Source: Spirochaetales bacterium
GTDB lineage: Bacteria; Spirochaetota; Spirochaetia; DSM-27196; SLAA01
Direction of reading: 5' to 3'
Assembly (NCBI GenBank): GCA_007127105.1
Contig: SLAA01000039.1
Location: 755-64,754 of the forward strand
Length of the DNA stretch: 64,000 nucleotides
The translations under genes and the position numbers were made by a program. This document shows positions 25,462 through 35,290 of this stretch, one piece after another. Position 1 is the stretch's first letter. Each line of letters begins with the position of its first letter. The notes beneath the pieces were generated by a model. It made no database searches. It had not been told where the DNA came from and worked only from the letters and a program-made list of their open reading frames with translations.

Positions 25462-25775
25462 AAAACATTGCGGTCGCTGTTTTCTGCTTTGCTATGTTTT
25501 TCGGCGTGGTGTTCCTCACGGTGGAGCACAAGGTCGAGCTCGAACCAACACTCTACAACTACTTCATTGAACATGGTACCGCGGACACCGGCGCTCAAAA
25601 CATTGTAGCAGGAATCCTCTTGAACTACCGCATGTATGACACCGTTTTTGAGGCAATGATCCTTCTTACCTCGGTTATGGGGATGCTTCACTTTCTCTAC
25701 ACCGGAGATGGGCACGGTCGAAGCCACGGTAAAAAAGCGGGTAAAGAGGCCCATAAGGGGGGCAAGAATGACTGA
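25458..25775 (+). CDS. MbhE-like small membrane subunit of the Mrp module
   Basis: ATGA overlap with the previous gene. It has two or three helices and the motif GAQNIVAGILLNYRMYDTVFEAMILL typical of MnhB/MbhE-type pieces. The tail is basic and Gly/Lys-rich. Confidence 0.7.
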   Translation: MKNIAVAVFCFAMFFGVVFLTVEHKVELEPTLYNYFIEHGTADTGAQNIVAGILLNYRMYDTVFEAMILLTSVMGMLHFLYTGDGHGRSHGKKAGKEAHKGGKND

Positions 25776-26154
25776 AAAGTCCTCAATCATCTCAACGATG
25801 ACTGGTTTCTTGTATCCGTTCATTGTGCTTTTTGGCTTCTATATCATTGCCAACGGCCACAACACTCCAGGAGGAGGGTTCCAGGGCGGCTCGGTTATTG
25901 CTGCGCTGTTCATTGCTCGATACCTGGTGTTACCGGTAGACGACTTCAACATGGATACGCTGCACTACGTTGAGAAGGCCTTCCTGGTGTTTCTCTTGTT
26001 GCTACCGATCGTCTTCATCTTTCCGGGCCTGCATCTTCTCTACGAACAGTTTAACGTCCCGTATCTGATCGTAATGAACTTCCTCATTGGGATGAAAGTT
26101 AGCCTTGGGCTTACCATCATTGTGTTTCGCTTCGGCTTTTTCCGGGAGGGTTAG
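25768..26154 (+). CDS. mrpB: Mrp/Mnh antiporter subunit B (MbhF-like)
   Basis: ORF 25708..26154. I chose the internal ATG 25768, which overlaps the previous stop by 8 nt. MnhB hallmark GHNTPGGGFQGGSVIAA. Confidence 0.8.
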   Translation: MTEKSSIISTMTGFLYPFIVLFGFYIIANGHNTPGGGFQGGSVIAALFIARYLVLPVDDFNMDTLHYVEKAFLVFLLLLPIVFIFPGLHLLYEQFNVPYLIVMNFLIGMKVSLGLTIIVFRFGFFREG

Positions 26155-26160
26155 CAACAA

Positions 26161-26505
26161 GTGCAGTGGATTGACAGTAGTCACCTGAGTTTGGGCTTGT
26201 TTTTTGTTGGCCTATACGGGGTTATTTCCCAACGCAACGTGATAAAGACCATCATCTCGATCAATATTATGGATGCAGCTGCTATCCTGTTTTTGATCAC
26301 CGCGAATCTCCAACCAGGGAGTGTGCCACCCATTGCTGGCGGGGATCCTTCACGCATGGCGGACCCTGTACCGCAAGCCCTCATGATCACCGCAATTGTT
26401 ATTGGGGTGTCGGTCACTGCTATGTGCCTGGCACTGTTCATTCGCATGGCCCACCGCTACGGTTCGTCGGACTGGGAGAAGATTGTACACAGGGTGGAAG
26501 ACTAA
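26161..26505 (+). CDS. mrpC: Mrp/Mnh antiporter subunit C (NuoK-like, MbhG-like)
   Basis: 114 aa with a GTG start and three helices. NuoK/MnhC pattern GLYGVISQRNVIKTIISINIMDAAAILF. Confidence 0.85.
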   Translation: MQWIDSSHLSLGLFFVGLYGVISQRNVIKTIISINIMDAAAILFLITANLQPGSVPPIAGGDPSRMADPVPQALMITAIVIGVSVTAMCLALFIRMAHRYGSSDWEKIVHRVED

Positions 26506-28124
26506 TGCTCATTCAATACATTCCCACCCTCTACGTCCTGGTACTTCTGCCGGTTGTTGTTGGTGCAATGGGATACTTCCTGCCACGCCGAATCTATCAA
26601 GGAGTCCTGCTGGTATTTGGCCTGGCTATGGTCGGAATCTCGGCGGTCGTTTTCTACGAGGTGCGAGTTCTGGGCGAAGTCATTGAACATGTGGCTGGCT
26701 GGGGTGAGTCAGTATCCATTAGCCTTCGGGCCGATGAACTCAGCGCACCCCTGGTGCTCATGACCAACGTGCTGTTCTTTGCATTTTTTGTTTTCAATAG
26801 CCGAGCACCATACATGGACAACACCTTTCAGTATTTGTTCATGACCCTCCAGTGTGCACTCCTTGCAATGTTCCTCTCGGGCGACCTCTTCAACGTGTAT
26901 GTTGTGATGGAGGTCGGAATGCTTGCGGTCTGTATTCTGATCATGTACAAAAAGGAAAAGCAGTCGTTTTACGACGGCATGATGTACCTCATGATCAACT
27001 TCCTGGCCATGGCTTTTATGCTGCTCGGCTTGGGGTATCTGTACCGCATTACCGGCGTGCTCGACTTCATTGGTATGCATGACAAGATCGCGCAGATCAA
27101 TGACCCGCGTGCATTGGTGCTTCCCTACTCACTCATCATGACCGCTATTGCACTCAAGGCTGCACTCTTTCCGTTGTTCAGCTGGTTGCCGCGCGCGCAT
27201 GGCGCCCCGAGCGCACCCTCAATTATCTCTGCGACATTGTCCGGCGTACAAGTCAAGGTTGGCGTGTACCTTCTGATCCGAATGCAGTGGGTTTTCTCAC
27301 CCGCCATTGATGCCAGTGTATTCTTTGCAGTCCTGGGCTTTGTCACAGCCGTCGTGGGCTTTCTTCTGGCGGTCTCGCAGAAAGACATTAAACTCATTCT
27401 TGCCTATCACACCGTCTCACAGGTTGGCCTCATTGTACTCGGACTCAATGGCGGCACACCCTATGCTTTCTGGGGTGGTATGTACCACATCATTAACCAC
27501 GCGATGTTCAAGGGCCTTTTGTTCCTTACAGCGGGTGTCATTATTGATCACTACGGCACTCGTAACTACGCCCAGATCCGTGGGGTTTTTAGACGCATGC
27601 CGTGGATTGGCATTGCCGGGTTCGCCGGGGTACTTGGCATAACAGGGACCCCGCTCTTCAACGGAAGCATCTCAAAGTACCTCATACAAAACGGGTTGCA
27701 AGGCAACTTGGCCGAGATTGGCATGTTCATTGTTAATCTTGGTACCGTACTGTCCTTTGTGAAATACTCCACCATGTTTTTTGGCAAGGCCCCTGACCAC
27801 GTCAAACCAATTAAGGATCCGTACGTCAACGGCGTCTCGATGGTAATTGGTTTTGGGTGTTTAGCGGGTGGAATCTTTGGTGCCCAGGCAGTGCAGCTCT
27901 TCTTTGGACAGAGCTACAACCTGGGTGGTGCGCTTGGAGCTGAGAAGCTTACTATGTTTGCTATTACCTTAGCTCTTGGTATTGGATTGTACTTTGGTGT
28001 CGTCACACGTATCGGCGGCTTTCTTCAGCGGGTGCGCGACAACAAAGTGAACTTCAACCAGGTGTCACTCCTCATTGCGATATTCTTTGCCTTTCTTACC
28101 GCTTACCTGTATCTGACCGTCTGA
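26505..28124 (+). CDS. mrpD: Mrp/Mnh antiporter subunit D (NuoN/NuoM-like antiporter-like subunit, MbhH-like)
   Basis: ORF 26424..28124. ATG 26505 overlaps the mrpC stop (TAATG). It is a polytopic proton-conducting membrane transporter family member (ALKAALFPLFSWLPRAHGAPSAPSIISATLSGVQVKVGVY, HAMFKGLLFL). It is the only antiporter-like subunit in the cluster. Confidence 0.9.
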   Translation: MLIQYIPTLYVLVLLPVVVGAMGYFLPRRIYQGVLLVFGLAMVGISAVVFYEVRVLGEVIEHVAGWGESVSISLRADELSAPLVLMTNVLFFAFFVFNSRAPYMDNTFQYLFMTLQCALLAMFLSGDLFNVYVVMEVGMLAVCILIMYKKEKQSFYDGMMYLMINFLAMAFMLLGLGYLYRITGVLDFIGMHDKIAQINDPRALVLPYSLIMTAIALKAALFPLFSWLPRAHGAPSAPSIISATLSGVQVKVGVYLLIRMQWVFSPAIDASVFFAVLGFVTAVVGFLLAVSQKDIKLILAYHTVSQVGLIVLGLNGGTPYAFWGGMYHIINHAMFKGLLFLTAGVIIDHYGTRNYAQIRGVFRRMPWIGIAGFAGVLGITGTPLFNGSISKYLIQNGLQGNLAEIGMFIVNLGTVLSFVKYSTMFFGKAPDHVKPIKDPYVNGVSMVIGFGCLAGGIFGAQAVQLFFGQSYNLGGALGAEKLTMFAITLALGIGLYFGVVTRIGGFLQRVRDNKVNFNQVSLLIAIFFAFLTAYLYLTV

Positions 28125-28133
28125 GGCCCGGCC

Positions 28134-29285
28134 GTGCGGTACGCATGGCAACGCGCGCCTGAGTCTGAGCTTGACCTTATGGCAGGCTCAGGCTACACAG
28201 ATACTATGACCTACGACATTATTGCGACCCTGGGACCTGCTACGGCCGCTCCAGCCGACGCGCTACGCTTGCTTCACAACGGCGCGAACCGCTTCCGGCT
28301 CAACACCTCCCATTTGAGCGTCACAGAAACCATGACCTGGATCGAGCACTTGCCGGATAGAGCCAACCAGGCCGAAGCCAGGAACGGCCCGCACGAGGTG
28401 GTTCTGGACCTGCAGGGCAGCAAATGGCGACTTGGGGTCTTTGAGGTATGTGTACTTGCGCTGGGAGATACGGTAGTCCTGTGGGACTGTAGTGTGCCTG
28501 CCGCACCCGGCGCCGCAGGTGCGAACGACGCGGCCAGCACCAGCAGGTTCCCCGCAAGCAGTGCAAAAGCAGCCGTGCACCGACTGCCGGTGCCACACAG
28601 CGACTTTTTCCGAGCCGCGGCGGACTGCCCCGGCACGGTGCGGCTCAACGATGGCCGAGTGGAGTTGCAGATAGAGGATGTGGAACCAGCAGCACTGAGG
28701 TGTCGGGTTATGACTCAAGGCGAGATAAGCCCCCGCAAGGGCATAAGCCTTCCAGGGTCGACCTTCCGTCGCGAAGGCCTGTCGGACAAGGACCAAGACA
28801 TAGTACGCCGCGCAGCCCTCCTTCCCCAAGTTTCTTACGCACTGTCCTACGTACGCGATGCCGAGGAACTGCGCGTTTTGAAACACGCGGTGGACTCCGT
28901 GGACGAAGTGGGAAGCGTTAGAGGCCGGTGCATAATTGCTAAGATTGAGCGCCCCGAGGCAGTGAACGACATAGAGGCCATTGCCCAGGAATGTAACGAG
29001 CTATGGATCTGCCGGGGTGACCTCGGTGCCGAGCTTGGCTCAGTGGCAATGGCCCGGACGGTTCATGAACTGACCGGGAAGCTGCGGAGACTCGCTCCTC
29101 CAACGGTGCTTGCGGGCCAGGTACTCGAGCACATGACAACGCATCCGGAGCCCACCCGCTCCGAGCTATGCCATCTGTACGACGCCCTGAAGGCAGGATA
29201 CGCAGGCATAGTCCTCTCGGATGAGACTGCAGTTGGGAAACATCCGGCGGCCGCATGTCGGGCCGCCGCAATGTTCCAAAGCTGA
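28134..29285 (+). CDS. Pyruvate-kinase-like protein, barrel (A) + lid (B) domains only; C-terminal regulatory domain absent
   Basis: GAGG (28123-28126, overlapping the mrpD stop) lies 7 nt before GTG 28134. Alternative ATGs are at 28179 and 28206; the latter gives MTYDIIATLGPAT. PK-like motifs: RFRLNTSH, LDLQGSKWR, IIAKIERPEAV, WICRGDLGAELG, PEPTRSE, VLSDETAVGKHP. The ORF ends right after the barrel. Confidence 0.75.
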   Translation: MRYAWQRAPESELDLMAGSGYTDTMTYDIIATLGPATAAPADALRLLHNGANRFRLNTSHLSVTETMTWIEHLPDRANQAEARNGPHEVVLDLQGSKWRLGVFEVCVLALGDTVVLWDCSVPAAPGAAGANDAASTSRFPASSAKAAVHRLPVPHSDFFRAAADCPGTVRLNDGRVELQIEDVEPAALRCRVMTQGEISPRKGISLPGSTFRREGLSDKDQDIVRRAALLPQVSYALSYVRDAEELRVLKHAVDSVDEVGSVRGRCIIAKIERPEAVNDIEAIAQECNELWICRGDLGAELGSVAMARTVHELTGKLRRLAPPTVLAGQVLEHMTTHPEPTRSELCHLYDALKAGYAGIVLSDETAVGKHPAAACRAAAMFQS

Positions 29286-32200
29286 CTAGTACGCGAGCAC
29301 AGAGCGCAGGAATTTTTCGGCGGTTTCAAGGTCAAGACCCTTCCGCTCCGCGTAGTCCTCTACCTGGTCCTTAGCAACCTGTCCCACACTGAAGTACTTG
29401 GCGTCAGGGTGTGCAAAGTACATACCCGAAACCGACGCCCCGGGCATCATCATATAGCTCTCGGTGAGTCGCATCCCGGCGTTCTCTTCCGGCTTCAGCA
29501 ACTCCCAAATGGTGAGCTTGTCGGTGTGGTCAGGGCATGGTGGATAGCCCGGAGCCGGACGAATTCCGCGGTAGTCTATGTGCAACATTTCCTCGACCGA
29601 CAGCTTCTCGTCCGGGGCATAACCCCAGAGCTTTTTGCGTACATCCTCGTGCATAGCCTCGGCAAAACCTTCTGCAAGGCGGTCGGCAAGGATCCCCGCA
29701 AGTATTGCATGATAGTCGTCGTTATCTTCCTTGTAGCGCTTGCTGATGCGCTCCAGTCCCTCACCAGCCGTCACGGCAAATGCCCCGACGTAGTCGGCTA
29801 CGCCACTCTCCTTGGGCGCTACGTAGTCCGCAAGAGAGAGATAGTATGGCGTGTCGGTCTTCTTTTTTTGCTGACGCAGCATAGGAAAGCGAGCCAGCAC
29901 CTCGGATCGCGACTCATCTGTGTAAATCTCAATGACGTCGTCCTCGGTAGAGTTTGCAGGCCATAGACCTGCCACACCGTGAGCACTCAGCAGTCGCCCC
30001 GCTGCGAACTCATCTATCATTGCCTTGGCATCGTTGTAGAGCTTCCGCGCCTCCGGTCCTTTCTCTGGATCATCCAGGATCTGAGGAAACTTCATGTCCA
30101 TTTCCCAGGCCAGAAAGAAGTAACGCCAGTCAATGTAACGCGCCAGATCTCGTATTGAGTAGTCCCTATAGACGGTCAGTCCAAGCTTACGGGGCGTCTC
30201 GGGAACAAAGCTCTTCCAGTTGGACTGGTAGCGTAGCTTGCGCACCTCGGAAGTTGGCAGGTACTCTCGCGTCTTGTCCTTTGCTTCGCGGCGACGGCGC
30301 TGCTCTGCATGGGCTTCCGCCACCTCAGCTGCGTAGGCGCCCTTGCGTTCGGAATCGAGCAACTTGCCGACCACCCCAACCGCCAGGGATGCGTCTTTTA
30401 CATGCACCACTGGTTCTGAGTACTGCGGTGCTATCTTAACCGCTGTATGCACCGGTGAGGTCGTTGCCCCACCAATGAGCAAGGGCCACTTCTTTCCAAG
30501 CCGTTCCAGCTCCTTGGCATTGTGCACCATTTCATCGAGTGAGGGAGTAATGAGACCCGAGAGCCCAATAATGTCTACCTTGTGCTCCTCGGCAGCTTTG
30601 AGAATGTCCGGCATTGGCACCATAACGCCCAGGTCAACCACGTCAAAGTTGTTACACTGCAGGACAACACCCACAATATTCTTACCGATATCGTGGACAT
30701 CGCCTTTGACCGTGGCCATGAGCACCTTGCCCTTGGCGTGGTCGGCCTCGCCCACCAGCTTCTCGTCCTCAATAAAGGGGAGCAGATAGGCGACCGCCTG
30801 CTTCATAACACGTGCGCTTTTTACAACCTGCGGCAGGAACATCTTACCGCTCCCAAAAAGCTCACCAACGACATTCATGCCGTCCATGAGTGGCCCTTCT
30901 ATCACGTTGAGCGCACGCGGCAGCTTCTTCCGCGCCTCCTCTACATCTTCTTCTATGTAGGTTGTAATACCCTTCACCAGCGAGTGGGTCAGGCGTTTCT
31001 CAACCGGGTTCTCACGCCAGGACAGGTCCTCTACGCGCTGCTTCCCGTCGCCCTTGTAGCGCTCGGCAAGGTCCAGCAGACGCTCGGTGGAGTCTTCTCT
31101 ACGATTCAGCAGAACGTCCTCAACCGCCTCAAGCAACTCGACGGGAACGTCGTCGTAGACCTCCAGCTGACCGGCGTTGACAATTCCCATGTCCATACCG
31201 GCGCCAACTGCGTGGTACAAAAAAGCTGCATGCATTGCTTCGCGAACAGTATCGTTTCCGCGGAAAGAGAACGAAACATTACTCACTCCTCCGGAGATAC
31301 GCACATAGGGCAACCGCTTCTTGATCTCGCGCACCGCCTCAATGAAGTCCACCGCGTAGTTCGCGTGCTCCTCAATCCCAGTTCCTATGGCAAAGATGTT
31401 CGGATCAATGATGATGTCCTCGGGCGGAAAGTCAGCCTTCTCGGTCAGCACCTTGTAGGCCCGCTCGGCAATCTCTACCTTCCGGTCCAAGGTATCCGCC
31501 TGACCCTTCTCATCAAAGGCCATGACCACCGCCGCACACCCAAAACGGCGAATCTCGCGGGCCTGCTCCAGAAAGGACTCCTCGCCCTCTTTCAAGCTGA
31601 TGGAGTTCACCACGCCCTTACCCTGAACCACCCGCAGACCAGCCTGCAGGACCGTCCACTTTGAGCTGTCAATCATGATTGGCACGCGCGAGATGTCCGG
31701 TTCTGCCGCTACCAGTTTGAGGAAGGTCGACATCTCCTCGGCCGACTCAAGCATGCCTTCATCCATGTTAATGTCGATCATTTGCGCGCCGCCCTCAACC
31801 TGTTCACGGGCGACGTCAAGCGCGGTGTTGTGGTCTCTCTCACGAATGAGTCTGGCAAAGCGCCGTGACCCTGTTACGTTGGTGCGTTCACCGACATTCA
31901 CAAAGCCCAGGTCCTTGGTAAGCACCAGCGGCTCCAAGCCCGATAGCGCGGTAATGTGTCGTTTCTCTGGAACTGGGCGGGGAGTACCCTGGCTTGCAAC
32001 TGCCTCTGCAATCGCCCGGATATGCTCCGGAGTGGTTCCGCAGCACCCGCCCACAATATTGAGCAGTCTGTCGGCTGCAAAGGAGCCCAACACCTTGGCC
32101 ATGTACTCTGGAGTGTGATCATAGCCACCAAACTCGTTTGGCAAGCCCGCGTTTGGGTGGGTACTCACGCCACAAGGCGCAATCTCGGAAATGCTCTCAA

Positions 32201-33083
32201 CATGTTCTCGCAGGTCGTCGGCGCCTAAGGCACAGTTAAAGCCCACCGAGATGGGGTTTGCATGCAGCACCGAGTACAGAAAAGCCTCAGCGGTCTGGCC
32301 GGACAAGGTGCGGCCAGACTGGTCGGTAATGGTCCCGGAGATCATAATGGGTAGATGCTGGCCCTGTTCATCAAACAGTTTGAGCAGCGCATAGATCGCG
32401 GCCTTGGCATTCAGCGTATCAAATATGGTCTCGATGAGGATAATGTCAGCACCACCCTCTATCAGGCCAATTGCAGCCTCTCGATAGACCGCCGCCAGGT
32501 AGTCAAAGCTGATAGCTCGGAACCCGGGGTCGTTTACATCGGGAGACATTGACAAGGTGCGGTTTGTTGGCCCTATTACACCCGCGACGAAGCGCGGTTT
32601 GTCCGGGGTTTGGGCAGTGAACTTGTCGGCAGCTGCTCGTGCCAGAGCGGCACCCTGTTTGTTGAGCTCATGCACCAGGAACTCGGTGGCATAGTCGGCC
32701 TGGGACACCGTGGTTGAGTTGAAGGTGTTGGTCTCAATAATGTCCGCCCCGGCGGCAAGAAACTGTTCATGTATGCCGGAGATGATGTCCGGTTGGGTAA
32801 GGGTTAAGAAGTCGTTGTTGCCGCCAAGATTGCCCTCGCGGTTCACCCCAGGGGCGGGCGCATCGGGCAACTCCGAGTGGGCCTTCTGCCACGCCTCGCG
32901 TGCCGCGGCATCCTCTGCCGAGAGGTTTGGAAATTCAGCAAAGCGTTTACCGCGAAAATCAGCTTCTTGAAGCTCATGGGCCTGTATCATCGTGCCCATA
33001 GCACCGTCTAAAATGAGAATGCGCTCCTGCATAAGGCTGCGCAAACGTCCGTCCAAAGAATTCGTTTTGTTTGTAGCACTCAC
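29286..33083 (-). CDS. metH: Cobalamin-dependent methionine synthase
   Basis: 1265 aa and collinear with MetH. It has the Hcy-binding start [14 protein letters not shown], a pterin-binding module, a B12-binding DxHxxG motif (GDVHDIGKN) and a C-terminal AdoMet-activation domain. GTG start. The stop TAG (29286-29288) abuts the TGA of the convergent gene. Confidence 0.95.
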   Translation of the reverse strand: MSATNKTNSLDGRLRSLMQERILILDGAMGTMIQAHELQEADFRGKRFAEFPNLSAEDAAAREAWQKAHSELPDAPAPGVNREGNLGGNNDFLTLTQPDIISGIHEQFLAAGADIIETNTFNSTTVSQADYATEFLVHELNKQGAALARAAADKFTAQTPDKPRFVAGVIGPTNRTLSMSPDVNDPGFRAISFDYLAAVYREAAIGLIEGGADIILIETIFDTLNAKAAIYALLKLFDEQGQHLPIMISGTITDQSGRTLSGQTAEAFLYSVLHANPISVGFNCALGADDLREHVESISEIAPCGVSTHPNAGLPNEFGGYDHTPEYMAKVLGSFAADRLLNIVGGCCGTTPEHIRAIAEAVASQGTPRPVPEKRHITALSGLEPLVLTKDLGFVNVGERTNVTGSRRFARLIRERDHNTALDVAREQVEGGAQMIDINMDEGMLESAEEMSTFLKLVAAEPDISRVPIMIDSSKWTVLQAGLRVVQGKGVVNSISLKEGEESFLEQAREIRRFGCAAVVMAFDEKGQADTLDRKVEIAERAYKVLTEKADFPPEDIIIDPNIFAIGTGIEEHANYAVDFIEAVREIKKRLPYVRISGGVSNVSFSFRGNDTVREAMHAAFLYHAVGAGMDMGIVNAGQLEVYDDVPVELLEAVEDVLLNRREDSTERLLDLAERYKGDGKQRVEDLSWRENPVEKRLTHSLVKGITTYIEEDVEEARKKLPRALNVIEGPLMDGMNVVGELFGSGKMFLPQVVKSARVMKQAVAYLLPFIEDEKLVGEADHAKGKVLMATVKGDVHDIGKNIVGVVLQCNNFDVVDLGVMVPMPDILKAAEEHKVDIIGLSGLITPSLDEMVHNAKELERLGKKWPLLIGGATTSPVHTAVKIAPQYSEPVVHVKDASLAVGVVGKLLDSERKGAYAAEVAEAHAEQRRRREAKDKTREYLPTSEVRKLRYQSNWKSFVPETPRKLGLTVYRDYSIRDLARYIDWRYFFLAWEMDMKFPQILDDPEKGPEARKLYNDAKAMIDEFAAGRLLSAHGVAGLWPANSTEDDVIEIYTDESRSEVLARFPMLRQQKKKTDTPYYLSLADYVAPKESGVADYVGAFAVTAGEGLERISKRYKEDNDDYHAILAGILADRLAEGFAEAMHEDVRKKLWGYAPDEKLSVEEMLHIDYRGIRPAPGYPPCPDHTDKLTIWELLKPEENAGMRLTESYMMMPGASVSGMYFAHPDAKYFSVGQVAKDQVEDYAERKGLDLETAEKFLRSVLAY

Positions 33084-33200
33084 GGTTAAACATTATTCCG
33101 GATATAGGAAAACTTTGCAAAGGGGGGCTGCTGAGCTGTGGCTTGGTCGAGGTCTTTGGCTACCATCCTTGTCTACCGGTTGTTCTGCACGACCGCCAGT

Positions 33201-34505
33201 CTATGTCTCCATGTGCCGAACAAAAGCGCTAAACAGTACTTCCGAGCAGTTTGGTTCTGCCCCGCCACCCTGCCAGATCGGGCTTTTGCCTCCACCTTTA
33301 CCGTCCACAATGCGAAAAAGCTCTGGCCGGAGGGCATTGAACTCAAAGTCACGGTCCGGGGAGACAGCAATGCACCACTCAACGGAGTCATCCTTCCGGT
33401 TCACCAGGCAGGCGGCCACGCCGCTCTCGGCCGCCAAGCGCTCACCAACCTGACGCAGGAAGCCTTTCGCCTCGTTCTCAAAGACTGCGGTCAATACACC
33501 GGCATGGGGGGCGGCCGCGTCATCCTGCCCAGCGCCGTCCTTTGGCGCGACAGCCTTTGAACCGCCGTCCTGCCCAGCGCCAGCATGTCGCTTTGTCCTT
33601 GTCTGCAGGAGACGAACAGCCGACTCCTCGGCGAGCCGACGTTCAAGCAGCCCCAGCCGTCGCACTACCTCGTTGTGCTCGTCGAGCCTGGCGCACACCT
33701 TTGCCGCCAACTCTGGTGCCGGTGCTGAAAAGATGTCGACCAGTTCCCGCACAATGCTACACTTGAGACGATAGTCGGCAAGGGCTCGGTCTCCAGTTTT
33801 CCAGATTGAGCGCACTCGGCCCCGGATGCGCTCGACACCAATACAGTGTACAAGCCGCACCTGGCCACTGCGCTTCACATGCACCCCGCCGCAGGCAACG
33901 CAATCAATATCGCCAACCATCACCAGGCGAATGCTGCCGCTCACCTTGGGTTTGCGTCGCAGGGGATAGGCATCAATGTCCGCGTCGGTCACCCAGACGG
34001 TTGTCACCGGGATGTCGGCCTCAATCACCTCGTTCGCGCGCCGTTCAACCGCCTCAAGCTGGGCTTCCGAAACCGCCTCACTCTCCACCTCTACCGTCAG
34101 ATACTCCGCCCCCTGATGCACTGAAACAGTTGCCGCCTCGGCCACCTCCAGCAGGGCGGCCGAAATAATGTGCTGCCCGGTATGTTGCTGTTGGTAGTCA
34201 CGCCGCCACGCCTCGTCGACCCTGCAGGCCACTTCGGCCCCAACCACAAAGCTCTCCGGCAGCGCCTCAAAGGGGATTGAGACGCGGTGCAGAATAACAC
34301 CATTGTCCTTACTCACCTGCGTCACCGGCAGCCCGGCTATATCCCCACGGTCTGCGGGCTGCCCCCCACCTTCCGGGTAGAAGGCGGTGCGGTTAAGCAC
34401 CACCTCACAGCCGCTTGTATCTGTGTGCTCACGCAGCTCCAGAATGGTAGCTTTGAACTCGTAGAGCTCGGGGTCGTCGTAGTAAAGGGGTGTGGTTGCG
34501 GACAT
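33201..34505 (-). CDS. Alanyl-tRNA editing protein, AlaX-L type (AlaRS editing + DHHA1-like C-terminal domain)
   Basis: 434 aa. It starts with FYPEGGGQPADRGDI and carries the editing-site zinc motifs HTGQHIISAA and CGGVHV. The C-terminus is DGKGGGKSPIWQGGG, as in the AlaRS C-terminus. There is a low-complexity insert (GAGQDGGSKAVAPKDGAGQDD). Confidence 0.85.
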   Translation of the reverse strand: MSATTPLYYDDPELYEFKATILELREHTDTSGCEVVLNRTAFYPEGGGQPADRGDIAGLPVTQVSKDNGVILHRVSIPFEALPESFVVGAEVACRVDEAWRRDYQQQHTGQHIISAALLEVAEAATVSVHQGAEYLTVEVESEAVSEAQLEAVERRANEVIEADIPVTTVWVTDADIDAYPLRRKPKVSGSIRLVMVGDIDCVACGGVHVKRSGQVRLVHCIGVERIRGRVRSIWKTGDRALADYRLKCSIVRELVDIFSAPAPELAAKVCARLDEHNEVVRRLGLLERRLAEESAVRLLQTRTKRHAGAGQDGGSKAVAPKDGAGQDDAAAPHAGVLTAVFENEAKGFLRQVGERLAAESGVAACLVNRKDDSVEWCIAVSPDRDFEFNALRPELFRIVDGKGGGKSPIWQGGGAEPNCSEVLFSAFVRHMET

Positions 34506-34510
34506 GATAC

Positions 34511-35290
34511 CTACTCCATGGTGGGCGAGCCGTCGCCGGGCTCAGCTGTTGCGATGTATACGCATTGGGTGAAGTCGCGGTTCTGCAGGGGATTATGGAA
34601 CACAACCGGTTCTGCATGGGCCGCACCGAATATGGAGGCCAGCCGCTGGGTGAACTCCGCATCTGCGGGCTCGTTTGACCAGACGCCAAACACGCCTCCA
34701 GGATGCAGGTGGCCTTTCAGGCGCAGAAGTCCGTCCGGGTGGTAGAAGGACTCGTTACCCGGATTGAGCCACTGCTCAGGAGTATGGTCGATGTCGACGA
34801 GTATTGCGTCAAAGCGTCTGCCGGGCTGTACCGGATCAAAACCCTGTTCGGAGGCGGCCAGAGCGAAAAAATCGCCCTGGAGAAAGCTACATCGCGCATC
34901 TTCAGTAAGACGTGAGGAGGTCGGGAGCAGCCCCTGCCGGTGCCACTCAATAACCGGCTCAAGATACTCCACCACACACAGCGAGCCTGTATCCTCATTT
35001 TCAAGAACCGCTGCTGCGGTATACCCCAAGCCAAGTCCGCCCACCACAACACTGAGCTTGCGCTGCAGGTGGGGTTCCTCCGGCCGAGTGTGCTTGTGCT
35101 TGCGCGCACTGGCAACACCAAGCCGACCGAGAGCAAGCTCCGAGGCAGTGAACATACTGGACATGAGGAAATCATCACCCAGTTTGATTTCGAAAATGTC
35201 AGTATCCAGCCCTACCTGGCGACGTCGGCGCAGGAACAGTGCACCCAGAGGCGTCTCACGATAGTCCAGTTCCTCAAAGAGTCTGCTCAT
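34511..35290 (-). CDS. Spermidine-synthase-like (PABS fold) SAM-dependent transferase family protein
   Basis: ORF 34511..35362. ATG 35290 overlaps the upstream stop (ATGA). Rossmann motif VVGGLGLGYTAAAV, then FDAILVDIDHTP and GGVFGVWS. The actual substrate is unknown. Confidence 0.7.
   Translation of the reverse strand: MSRLFEELDYRETPLGALFLRRRRQVGLDTDIFEIKLGDDFLMSSMFTASELALGRLGVASARKHKHTRPEEPHLQRKLSVVVGGLGLGYTAAAVLENEDTGSLCVVEYLEPVIEWHRQGLLPTSSRLTEDARCSFLQGDFFALAASEQGFDPVQPGRRFDAILVDIDHTPEQWLNPGNESFYHPDGLLRLKGHLHPGGVFGVWSNEPADAEFTQRLASIFGAAHAEPVVFHNPLQNRDFTQCVYIATAEPGDGSPTME

Noticed and set aside
30582-31664. 360-aa plus-strand ORF, with many other 60-250-aa ORFs antisense to metH, ilvD, the GGT genes and others (e.g. 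13813..14412, 10806..11324, 42404..43177, 1140..1802).
   Set aside because: They lie entirely inside, and antisense to or out of frame with, long ORFs that have clear family identity. Their translations are Arg/Pro/Ser/Gly-rich with no motifs or RBS. These are typical shadow ORFs of GC-rich DNA.
33084-33200. Possible riboswitch (SAH, SAM-II or cobalamin) in the 117-nt leader of metH. The minus strand contains GCCACAG and UUUGCAAAG, which superficially recall a B12 box and SAM-II elements.
   Set aside because: The leader is too short for a cobalamin riboswitch. I could not reconstruct the conserved SAH (GGAGCGC..CAGGCUCGG) or SAM-II architecture by eye. It needs cmscan, and I make no claim.
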